Source: Alphaproteobacteria bacterium
Lineage (GTDB): Bacteria > Pseudomonadota > Alphaproteobacteria > Rs-D84
Direction: 5' to 3'
DNA length: 64,000 nt
Assembly: GCA_017546265.1 (NCBI GenBank)
Contig: JAFYXG010000012.1
Span: forward strand, 146,359 to 210,358
Numbering within the stretch: the first letter of the stretch is position 1; every line of letters begins with the position of its first letter. The translations under genes were made by a program, and so were the position numbers. This document shows, in pieces, positions 1 through 8,540 of the stretch. The notes under the pieces were generated by a model. The model did not search any database and had not been told where the DNA came from. It saw nothing but the letters and a program-made list of their open reading frames with translations.

Positions 1-43
1 AAAAAAGAAGCATACAGACGGTTGCTGGATAAAGGGGATAATA

Positions 44-598
44 ATGATTAAGTTTGTGGGCAGTTTTGAAACTGTAAAGTCTTTGCCAAATTCCCATTTC
101 GCAGAATATGCCTTTATCGGTCGCAGTAATGTAGGTAAATCTTCGCTGATCAACGCAATTGTTGGACAGCCGATTGCACGTACTTCAAATACACCGGGAC
201 GTACACAAAGTTTGAATCTGTTTAATCTGGATGACCGGATTATGATTGTGGACTTGCCAGGGTATGGTTATGCACGGGTGTCAAAAACTGATGCAATGCG
301 GTGGCTGATGCGACTGGAAGAATATTTGTTAAATCGTAGACAGTTAAAGCTACTGTTTGTTCTGATAGACTCGCGTATTGGGGTAAAAGATGCGGATTTG
401 GATTTGATGGATTTTTGTGATGCAAATGCAATTCCATACCAGGTCGTTTATACAAAAAAAGATAAAAAAGTACGCGAAGCAAAGCAGGTGGAAATTAAAC
501 ATACTGACCATGGGGCGATGGTGCCAGAAGTCTTGCAGACATCTGCAGAAAAAAAGACCGGTTTAGAAACAATAAGGGGAACTCTTGGTATCAAATAA
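44..598 (+). CDS. engB: Ribosome-biogenesis GTPase EngB/YihA
   Basis: P-loop GRSNVGKSS, DLPGYG switch, G4 TKKDK; length 184 aa typical of YihA/EngB; RBS aaagggga upstream. Confidence 0.85.
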   Translation: MIKFVGSFETVKSLPNSHFAEYAFIGRSNVGKSSLINAIVGQPIARTSNTPGRTQSLNLFNLDDRIMIVDLPGYGYARVSKTDAMRWLMRLEEYLLNRRQLKLLFVLIDSRIGVKDADLDLMDFCDANAIPYQVVYTKKDKKVREAKQVEIKHTDHGAMVPEVLQTSAEKKTGLETIRGTLGIK

Positions 599-3089
599 TA
601 ATGTGTTTTGTGTCAGTAATCCTGCCAAAATGTCCGAGGCTTTGTGGAAAATAATCCAGGACAGTCGGGTTGATATTGCAGATATGCTGATATTTCTGCC
701 CAGCAGACGTGCTGTCCGTACTGTAGAAAAAATGATTGCCGATAAAATGGGGGGCGTGGCGATATTGCCAAAGTTGGTCGGACTGGGCGAAGGAGTGGAT
801 GAAGAAAACTTTGATGAAATCACAAAAGCGGATATTATTTCAAATACTGAACGTGTCGTGGCAATCGCACGGTTGTTGGCGGCAGATGCGGATGTGGGAA
901 CTGTGGCTAATGCGTTGCCTGTCGCCGCAGATTTAGTGCGTATGCAGGACTATTTGGAAAACGAAGGTGTGGACGCAACGCAAATAGATTGGGAATCGTT
1001 GGTTGATGAAAAGTATTCAGGGCATTTTCAAAAAAAAGCCAAGATTTTAGGTGTGCTGTCGTCTTTTATGCCAATGTATGCAAATGGACGAATTACATCA
1101 ACTGCTGCACGAAATCGTGATATTAGGACATGGAAAAATGTTTTGCACAAATATAAACTGGTAATCGTGTGTGGGTCAACTGCCAGTGTGCCTGCAACCG
1201 CAGATTTAATGGTTGAAATTGCAAAAATACCACATGGACGAATTATTCTGTCAGGAAAAATTTCAGGGCAGGTGCAGGACTTTGAATTAAACACAAATCC
1301 ATATAATGCCGAGTATAAATTTCTGAATCGATTAGGATTGTGTGCCGAAGATGTCTGTGTTATTGATGTGGGGCCGTCTGTTATGGACTTTATGAACATG
1401 GCGTTCTCTAATCAGGTTGAACCACAAAATATAGATACAAATTTATCAAACTGTCATTTGGTTGAATGTGGTCGTGAAGCAGTCGAGGCAAACGCAGTTG
1501 CTGAAATTGCAGAACGGGCAATCGCACAGAATAAATCCGTGTTGGTGATTACACCAGATGCCGCGGGAAATCAACGTATTGGGTCTGCATTAAATGCACG
1601 GGGAATTGTGGTTGATTCTTCTGGGGGGCTGTCTGGGGTGATGACGTCCGCAGGGCGGGCAATACTGAATATGTTCGATGCGTGGCGAGATACAGCCGAT
1701 AACCAATATGACGAATTGGCAGCAGCAACAGATGGTAATTTGTTCGATACTGTGCAAAATATGATTGAAAAATTTGCTGATAAGTTTATGCCGCAATTTT
1801 ATCCGACTGATAAACAATATGAACAAATGTGGTGGTCGCTGAAACAGGTTTCAGATGCGCTGGTTCAGGCAGATGTAAAACCAGATTTATTGGATGCACG
1901 TTCATTGGTTGAATATGCGTTCGCTGGAGTGTCTGTGCGTAATTTGGCGGTGGATAACCCCCAGGTGGTTGTGCTGGGGACTATTGAATCGCGTATGCAG
2001 ACGGCAGATGTGGTTATTCTGACCGGGTTAAATGATGGTATGTTCCCTGCCCAGGGGTATGAAAATGCATGGCTGCCCAGACGGTTGTGTGAAAAAATAG
2101 GGTTGCCTTCGCCCGATAGAAAGGTGGCTTTGCAATCATTGGATTTTATGAATCTGTCATGTGGTAATGAGGTTTATTGGCTGCGTTCTACCATAGCAGG
2201 TGGGGTTCAAACCACGGAATCGCGTTTCTTGTCGCGGGTGCTGGCACGCAAGGGGATATTCAAAAAAAATACAGATATTGTCCAGAATGTTGCAAAACGC
2301 GATGATGTTCCACGAAAACCGTTGGATTATTCTGTGCCAACTCCGCCAGCAGATTGGTCTGATGTTTATGTGACAGAACTGGAACATTTAATACATAATC
2401 CATATTCGTTCTATGCAAAACATATATTGCGATTAAATGTGCTGGATGATTATTGGACAGGGGTTGATGCACGACATTTTGGTATTTTGGTGCATGATGT
2501 GGTGGAACATGCAACCGATTTAAGACCTGATGCGTTGGTGGCGGAAATGGATAGACGGGCATTGGAAAAAATCGGCGTGGGCAGTGTTATGTTCCATTTC
2601 TGGCATAAACGGTTCTTGGAAATCGCACCCGTTATCGCAAATGAATTGACAGAAATTCAGAACTCGGTTCCAGAAATACAAGGGTATGTTAAAATTGGTG
2701 GACGTACAATTCGAGCCAAGGCTGATCGTGTTTGGGATGGTGGGGTGTTGGATATAAAAACTGGGGCTGCCCCAACAGAATCCCAGTTGGAAAAGGGAAA
2801 TATGCCGCAATTACCATTAGAGGCTTATATGCTGCAAAAAAATGGGTTTCCAATAGAATCCACAGAATTGTCTGTACGACCAATCATGAAGTTTTTACAA
2901 CTGAAAAATGGTGATGCACGTATTGTCCTTATTGATCAAGAAAAAACACAAAATTATATAAACGCCGCCGTGGCAAAGGTTGAAGAACTGGTCAATATTT
3001 ATTCTGTTGGTGGGGCAGGGTATGAATATCGTGACCAGTCCGAGCAAAAATATAAGGGGTATGACGATCTGGCCCGCGTCAAAGACTGA
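585..3089 (+). CDS. addB: AddB-type double-strand-break repair nuclease (PD-(D/E)XK family, no Fe-S cysteines), apparently without adjacent AddA
   Basis: 834 aa; C-terminal RecB-type nuclease motifs (GRTIRAKADRVWD, LDIKTG, QLPLEAYML); N-terminal degenerate UvrD-like region; overlaps engB stop. Confidence 0.6.
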   Translation: MVSNNNVFCVSNPAKMSEALWKIIQDSRVDIADMLIFLPSRRAVRTVEKMIADKMGGVAILPKLVGLGEGVDEENFDEITKADIISNTERVVAIARLLAADADVGTVANALPVAADLVRMQDYLENEGVDATQIDWESLVDEKYSGHFQKKAKILGVLSSFMPMYANGRITSTAARNRDIRTWKNVLHKYKLVIVCGSTASVPATADLMVEIAKIPHGRIILSGKISGQVQDFELNTNPYNAEYKFLNRLGLCAEDVCVIDVGPSVMDFMNMAFSNQVEPQNIDTNLSNCHLVECGREAVEANAVAEIAERAIAQNKSVLVITPDAAGNQRIGSALNARGIVVDSSGGLSGVMTSAGRAILNMFDAWRDTADNQYDELAAATDGNLFDTVQNMIEKFADKFMPQFYPTDKQYEQMWWSLKQVSDALVQADVKPDLLDARSLVEYAFAGVSVRNLAVDNPQVVVLGTIESRMQTADVVILTGLNDGMFPAQGYENAWLPRRLCEKIGLPSPDRKVALQSLDFMNLSCGNEVYWLRSTIAGGVQTTESRFLSRVLARKGIFKKNTDIVQNVAKRDDVPRKPLDYSVPTPPADWSDVYVTELEHLIHNPYSFYAKHILRLNVLDDYWTGVDARHFGILVHDVVEHATDLRPDALVAEMDRRALEKIGVGSVMFHFWHKRFLEIAPVIANELTEIQNSVPEIQGYVKIGGRTIRAKADRVWDGGVLDIKTGAAPTESQLEKGNMPQLPLEAYMLQKNGFPIESTELSVRPIMKFLQLKNGDARIVLIDQEKTQNYINAAVAKVEELVNIYSVGGAGYEYRDQSEQKYKGYDDLARVKD

Positions 3090-3111
3090 AAATAAATTAT
3101 AATAATTCATC

Positions 3112-3312
3112 TAAAAGCAAATCGGGCAACTCATGTAGCGTTTTGTACACTACGTTGCCCGATTTACTTTTATCTAAATCATTCTAATTTATTTTATGCA
3201 CCTGATGGGTGGTTGGTGTGTGTGTAACTCATGTAGCGTATTGTACACTACGTTGCCAGATTTACTTTTATCTAAATCATTCTAATTTATTTTATGCACA
3301 GGGTGGGGTGGG
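3112..3312. repeat. Two tandem copies of a REP-like palindromic element (12-bp inverted arms aaatcgggcaac/gttgcccgattt around the conserved loop tcatgtagcgttttgtacactacg; second copy has degenerate arms)
   Basis: Direct reading: units at ~3112-3225 and ~3225-3312 are near-identical; same core and 3' tail as the elements at 34.0 kb and 39.4 kb. Confidence 0.7.
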
Positions 3313-3342
3313 TAATAAAAAATCCCCCGTTTGGGGGATTCA
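3313..3342 (-). terminator. Rho-independent terminator of yebC (hairpin aatccccc-aaac-gggggatt followed by a T-run on the minus strand)
   Basis: Stem atccccc/gggggat at 3321-3340, A-run 3315-3320 on + (T-run on -). Confidence 0.65.
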
Positions 3343-3343
3343 A

Positions 3344-4060
3344 TTATGCGGCGGCGGTAAATACCTTTTGTACGTCATCGTTATCGTCCAGTGCATCTAC
3401 CAATTTTTCCAACTTGGCATAGGCTTCGTCATCCAGATCCATTGGCATGTTTGGTATCCATGTCAATTCAGCCTGTTCCGGTTCACCCAATTTGTCAGCC
3501 AAATATTTCTGAGCGGTAATAAAGTCTTCGGGTTTGGTTGTGATAATAAAACCTTCTTCGGATGTTTCCAGGTTGTCCGCATTCGCTTCCATAATAATTT
3601 CCATCATTTCATCTTCGGTTTTACCGATACTTGCCGGGTACATAATTTGACCCGCACGGGTGAACATAAATACAACAGAACCTTCTTCACCCATGTTGCC
3701 ACCATTTTTGCCAAAAATATTACGAATTTCTGGTACTGTGCGGCGAGGATTGTCGGTCAAAGCCTCGACAATAACGGGGACTGCCCCTGGGCCGTATCCT
3801 TCGTATCTGACTGCTTCGTAACTTTCCGTGTTGGCACCAGATGCTTTTTCAATCGCACGTTTGATATTGTCGTTCGGCATCGAGTTTTTACGAGCCGTTA
3901 AAATCGCCAATCTTAACCGGGGATTATTATCTGGATTTTTATCACCTAATTTTGCCGCCATGGTAATTTCACGTGCCAGTTTTGTAAATAAACCACTGCG
4001 TGCCGCGTCCGCTGCACCCTTTTTGTGTTGAATATTATGCCATTTACTGTGTCCACTCAT
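3344..4060 (-). CDS. yebC: YebC/PmpR family probable transcriptional regulator
   Basis: N-terminus MSGHSKWHNIQHKKGAADA..., 238 aa; characteristic YebC sequence. Confidence 0.9.
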   Translation of the reverse strand: MSGHSKWHNIQHKKGAADAARSGLFTKLAREITMAAKLGDKNPDNNPRLRLAILTARKNSMPNDNIKRAIEKASGANTESYEAVRYEGYGPGAVPVIVEALTDNPRRTVPEIRNIFGKNGGNMGEEGSVVFMFTRAGQIMYPASIGKTEDEMMEIIMEANADNLETSEEGFIITTKPEDFITAQKYLADKLGEPEQAELTWIPNMPMDLDDEAYAKLEKLVDALDDNDDVQKVFTAAA

Positions 4061-4110
4061 ATTTGACCTTTTTATTTATTTAGATTAAAATTACCACAAA
4101 AGGATAGCAA

Positions 4111-4701
4111 ATGATTGGCAAATTGCAAGGCATAGTTAACTATATCGGTGATGGTTTTGTTATTTTAATGGTAAATGGTGTTGGATACAAGGTGCATACC
4201 GCTGAATATCTGACACACAAATCAACAGTGGAATTATGGATTGAAACGGTTGTTCGTGAAGATTCCATTCGTCTGTTTGGCTTTACATCTTTAAATGGAC
4301 AGAATTTGTTTAATATGTTGACTGGTGTGTCGGGGGTGGGGCCTAAGGTTGCGTTGGCAATACTGGGGACGATAAATTCAGATACGTTGATGTCTGCAAT
4401 CGCAACAGGGGACGCTAAAACAATTGCCACTGCACCGGGGGTGGGGAAAAAGATGGCAGAGAAAATCATTGTTGAACTGAAAAACAAGGTTGGCAGTGTG
4501 TCTGCGACATTGTTTGCCCCAGATGCTGGAACAGATGTGGTGGGGTCAGCACTGGCCGATTTGTTGATGGCGTTAGAGGTATTGGGATATCGCCGTCTGG
4601 ACATTATTGAAATGGCACAGAAATTGGTAAACCAGAATCCATCAGCAGATGTATCCAAACTGGTCCCTATGGCATTAAAGGAAATCAGCAAAGGTAAGTA
4701 A
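4111..4701 (+). CDS. ruvA: Holliday junction DNA helicase subunit RuvA
   Basis: MIGKLQG... OB-fold N-terminus, HhH motifs (GVGPKVA, GVGKKMAEKII), 196 aa. Confidence 0.9.
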   Translation: MIGKLQGIVNYIGDGFVILMVNGVGYKVHTAEYLTHKSTVELWIETVVREDSIRLFGFTSLNGQNLFNMLTGVSGVGPKVALAILGTINSDTLMSAIATGDAKTIATAPGVGKKMAEKIIVELKNKVGSVSATLFAPDAGTDVVGSALADLLMALEVLGYRRLDIIEMAQKLVNQNPSADVSKLVPMALKEISKGK

Positions 4702-4704
4702 AGT

Positions 4705-6024
4705 ATGAATAATAACGATATAATTTTTGCATTATCATCTGGGCACGGTAAATCAGGGGTCGCGGTCATTCGTATATCGGGTGATGGGTTGCACAATATT
4801 TTTTCTGACTTTATCAAGAAAATAGATTTTCAACCCCGTCACGCATATTTTTGCAACTTGTGCGATAATAGCGGAGATTTGATTGACCAATGTTTGGCAA
4901 TGTATTTTTCAGCACCATACTCTTTTACGGGAACGGATGTTATCGAATTACATACCCATGGTGCACCCGCAACTATTAACGCAGTATTTGAATTCTTGAA
5001 ATCGTTGGGAATGCGTATGGCGATGCCAGGTGAATTTTCACGCCGTGCATTTTACAACAATAAAATGGATTTGGCTGATGTTGATGGGTTGGCGGCATTG
5101 CTGGATGCACAGACAGATAAACAGCGACAGTTTGCGTTAAAGTCTATGATGGGGCATGACAGTGATATATATAATTCATGGCGGGAACAGATGGTTGAAA
5201 TATCTGCTTTCGCGGCGGCTGTGTTGGATTATAACTCGGATGATTTGCCGGTAAATATTGGTGAAACAATTGTGACGCGTACACGGCGGTTATATGCCGA
5301 GATTTCAAATGCGTTGGCAAAATATAAAACGGCACGGGCAATTCGTGGGGGGATAAATGTTGTTCTGTGTGGTCAAACCAATGTTGGTAAATCGTCTATA
5401 TTTAATTACTTGGTGGGGACAAATCGTGCAATTGTTTCTGATATTGCGGGGACTACACGTGATGTTGTGTCTGCGAATTTGGATATAGATGGGTATTTGG
5501 TCAATCTGGCCGATACGGCGGGAATTCGTGAAACTGATGATGAAATAGAAAGTATCGGTATTGAACGTACAAAAAATGAAATAGAAAATGCGGATATTAT
5601 TTTGAATGTCTATACGCCAGAAAATATCCCTCAATGGCGAACAGATTATTCGCGTATCGGACCAAATCCAAATATAAATATTGTAAATAAATCTGATACT
5701 GCAACCGATTTTGATTCTGAATTTGGCGTGTATGTGTCCGCCAAAACTGGGGACGGTATGCAACAGTTGTTGGATTTACTGCGGGCAAAGATTCATGAGA
5801 TTACCGATGGTGCAGAGGCTGGCGTGGCAATTAACGCACGAACCCAGGCATTGTTGGAACAGGCACGTTATGAACTGGGGGCTGCAATAGATGCAGGGGA
5901 TAATTTTGATATCTTTGCCGAACATACTCGCCGTGCGGCAGATGCAGTTGGCAAGATATTGGGGACAATCACTGCGACCGAAGTTTTAGATAAAACATTT
6001 AGCCAGTTGTGTCTGGGAAAATAA
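4705..6024 (+). CDS. mnmE: tRNA modification GTPase MnmE/TrmE
   Basis: N-terminal GTD..IELH region, G-domain GQTNVGKSS / DTAGIRE, C-terminal CLGK; 439 aa. Confidence 0.9.
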   Translation: MNNNDIIFALSSGHGKSGVAVIRISGDGLHNIFSDFIKKIDFQPRHAYFCNLCDNSGDLIDQCLAMYFSAPYSFTGTDVIELHTHGAPATINAVFEFLKSLGMRMAMPGEFSRRAFYNNKMDLADVDGLAALLDAQTDKQRQFALKSMMGHDSDIYNSWREQMVEISAFAAAVLDYNSDDLPVNIGETIVTRTRRLYAEISNALAKYKTARAIRGGINVVLCGQTNVGKSSIFNYLVGTNRAIVSDIAGTTRDVVSANLDIDGYLVNLADTAGIRETDDEIESIGIERTKNEIENADIILNVYTPENIPQWRTDYSRIGPNPNINIVNKSDTATDFDSEFGVYVSAKTGDGMQQLLDLLRAKIHEITDGAEAGVAINARTQALLEQARYELGAAIDAGDNFDIFAEHTRRAADAVGKILGTITATEVLDKTFSQLCLGK

Positions 6025-6053
6025 AAAAAATCCCCGTTTTGGGGATTTTTTGT
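6022..6053. terminator. Bidirectional intrinsic terminator (A8-atccccgttttggggat-T6) between mnmE(+) and secB(-)
   Basis: Perfect hairpin flanked by an A-run and a T-run. Confidence 0.7.
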
Positions 6054-6069
6054 TGGTAAGTCTTGCCAA

Positions 6070-6495
6070 TTATTTGGCCTGTTTCTGTTCATACAGGGCC
6101 GCAAAATCAACTGGCTGCATCGCAAAGGTTGGAAAGCCTGATTCAGATGTCAAACGTGTAATCAGGGCACGTACCGAAGGGAACAATAATGTCGGTACGT
6201 CAATTAACAATGTACGTTTTTTGACTTCTTCATCCTTTTCTTCTTCCATCTGAACCAAACCAGAATATGTCGATTCAATCAAAAAGATTGATTTTTCGCC
6301 GGCTTCCAGTTTCGAGTGAACTTTGGTAATCAAATCTACCATGAACAGGTTGTTTTCCGCACCTTTTATCTGAATGTCAATGTTGATTTCCAATTTTGCC
6401 TGGCCGTTGTCGTTCTTGAAAAACAATTCTGGTACGTTTGGACTTTCAAAAGAAATGTCTTTTAAAAACTGAGAGATAATATTAAATTTTGCCAT
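6070..6495 (-). CDS. secB: Protein-export chaperone SecB
   Basis: MAKFNIISQFLKDISFESPN... 141 aa, typical SecB. Confidence 0.85.
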   Translation of the reverse strand: MAKFNIISQFLKDISFESPNVPELFFKNDNGQAKLEINIDIQIKGAENNLFMVDLITKVHSKLEAGEKSIFLIESTYSGLVQMEEEKDEEVKKRTLLIDVPTLLFPSVRALITRLTSESGFPTFAMQPVDFAALYEQKQAK

Positions 6496-6607
6496 TTTGC
6501 TTTCTCCTTATGCTGAATTACTGGCGTAATGTATACTGGACTTGGGTCCGCGTTTTATGATAATATAGCATTATAAATAGGATTTACAAGTGGGGGAGTA
6601 AAGAAAA

Positions 6608-7708
6608 ATGCGTTTCGTGAAAAAAAATATCTTGTTAAACGGGCTGATGGGGATATGTGCTGCTTTGATTTTGGCCTCTTGTGATGTGTCGACACCAACT
6701 GTGTCAGGTGATAATTCCGTTATTCCGTCTAATTTTAAGCGAGTGTCTTATTCAGACCTGCCAGGTTGGCGGGATGATGACGTACGATATGCGTTGCAGG
6801 CATTCAGAAATTCATGCAAGGCGAAAATTCAATTCACTGGACGTTTAATCCCAGATAAAGAATTGTTTGCTGAAAAATGTCGTATGTTGCCGTCTGCGTC
6901 CGCAGATGTTGCAACCGTCAGGGCATGGTTCGAATCTAATTTCCAGCCATATCAGATTTATAATGATAATGGTGGGGACCGCGGGACGTATACCGGGTAC
7001 TATTCCCCAATAATCCCAGCTTGTCGTACACAGACCGCACAGTGTAATGAACCGTTGATGGGGGTGCCAACAGATGGACGATCATACAAAGGCGTGGCAA
7101 AAAAGGATATTGTGGAAAAGAAAATTGGACGCGTTTTGTACTGGGCAAATATTGTCGATGTGCAAAATATCCAAATCCAGGGGTCTGGAAATCTTAGACT
7201 GGAAGATGGGACTGATGTTAAATTGAACTTTGCCGCAGTTAATGATATGCCATTCAAGTCTATTGGTGAAGAGTTGCGTAATCGTGGAATCAGACCCAGT
7301 GGGGGGTATTCGTCCGAGGCAGTGTGGCAACATCTGAAGGCAAATCCAAAATTGGCCAAAGATGTCATCTATAAAAATCCACGTTATGTTTATTTCTATG
7401 AATCAACACCGCCAGATGTTATTGGAAAACTGGGGACGCCATTGTCTAAAATAAGAAGTGTTGCAATGGATGATGATTTGTATACACTGGGGTTGCCAGT
7501 GTATGTGAATACAAATCTGTCAGATGGAAGACCGTTCCGCAGATTGATGATCGCCCAGGATACAGGCAGTGCAATTCGTGGCTGGATTCGTGCCGATATA
7601 TTCTTTGGCAAAGGGGACGAGGCTTATAAATTCGCACAGGGACAGCATGCACAGGGACAAATGTTCATACTGATGCCAAAAGAATATACATATGTCAAAC
7701 CAAGATAA
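6608..7708 (+). CDS. mltA: Membrane-bound lytic murein transglycosylase A (lipoprotein)
   Basis: Signal peptide plus lipobox (LASC), MltA-type beta-barrel and 3D domain region, 366 aa. Confidence 0.7.
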   Translation: MRFVKKNILLNGLMGICAALILASCDVSTPTVSGDNSVIPSNFKRVSYSDLPGWRDDDVRYALQAFRNSCKAKIQFTGRLIPDKELFAEKCRMLPSASADVATVRAWFESNFQPYQIYNDNGGDRGTYTGYYSPIIPACRTQTAQCNEPLMGVPTDGRSYKGVAKKDIVEKKIGRVLYWANIVDVQNIQIQGSGNLRLEDGTDVKLNFAAVNDMPFKSIGEELRNRGIRPSGGYSSEAVWQHLKANPKLAKDVIYKNPRYVYFYESTPPDVIGKLGTPLSKIRSVAMDDDLYTLGLPVYVNTNLSDGRPFRRLMIAQDTGSAIRGWIRADIFFGKGDEAYKFAQGQHAQGQMFILMPKEYTYVKPR

Positions 7709-8021
7709 AAAAATTGACCAAAGATTAAAACGACCCCAGACAATCGCAGGGGCATTGGGGGGACTGATGCAGATTTTTGGCGTCAGGGCATCTGATGCTG
7801 ATTTGGTTGCACGTTGGGACGATATTATGGGGGCAGATATCGCAAATGTCGCAAGGTTGGCCGCAATACGCAAAAATCGCGATAATACGTTCAATGTCGT
7901 GATAAGGCCCGCCGTTCCAGCATATGCGTTGCAGTTGTCGTATCAATCAGACGAAATCATAAAACGAATAAATAAGTACTTTGGTTATAATGCAGTCGGA
8001 AAGATAAGTTTTAGAAAATGA
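7692..8021 (+). CDS. Small DUF721/DciA-like protein
   Basis: 109 aa, 4-bp-class overlap with mltA, immediately upstream of ruvC; assignment by weak motif recall only. Confidence 0.35.
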   Translation: MSNQDKKIDQRLKRPQTIAGALGGLMQIFGVRASDADLVARWDDIMGADIANVARLAAIRKNRDNTFNVVIRPAVPAYALQLSYQSDEIIKRINKYFGYNAVGKISFRK

Positions 8022-8509
8022 TAAAACGTGTTTTGGGAATTGACCCAGGATTATTGCATACAGGTTGGGCGGTTGTTGAATCGCATGGACAATCGCGTAA
8101 ATATATTGCCAGTGGAGTGGTGCTGCCAAATCCAAAAATGGAAATGAGTGAAAGGTTGGTTTATATCTTTCGCGAGATAACAAAAATATGTGAAGACTTT
8201 GAACCAGATGAATGTAGTATTGAAATAACGTTCGTGAATAAAAATCCAAAAACTACACTGATTTTGGGACATGCACGGGCGGCCGCAGTTGTGGCGGTGG
8301 CAAATAAAAATCTGCCAATATATGAATATGAACCAAATAAAATTAAAAAGGCACTGACCGGGGCAGGGCATGCGGATAAGTCGGCCGTTGATAAGATGGT
8401 TCAAATTTTGTTGCCAGTGGCCAAACCAAAAACAGCAGACGAAGCAGATGCTATTGCGATTGCGTTGGCTCATACAAATATGGCCAGTTGGCAGATTGGA
8501 TATAGATAA
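8018..8509 (+). CDS. ruvC: Crossover junction endodeoxyribonuclease RuvC
   Basis: MIKRVLGIDPGL..GWAV; catalytic D/E positions; 163 aa; ATGA overlap with upstream ORF. Confidence 0.9.
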   Translation: MIKRVLGIDPGLLHTGWAVVESHGQSRKYIASGVVLPNPKMEMSERLVYIFREITKICEDFEPDECSIEITFVNKNPKTTLILGHARAAAVVAVANKNLPIYEYEPNKIKKALTGAGHADKSAVDKMVQILLPVAKPKTADEADAIAIALAHTNMASWQIGYR

Positions 8510-8540
8510 ATGTTTGCTGGTGTGATATAATGTAAAAACT

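Noticed and set aside
3209-3901. 230-aa ORF on the + strand spanning the repeat array and the antisense of yebC
   Set aside because: It lies entirely antisense to a well-conserved yebC and runs through the palindromic repeats. Its composition is Cys/Phe/His-rich junk typical of antisense frames.
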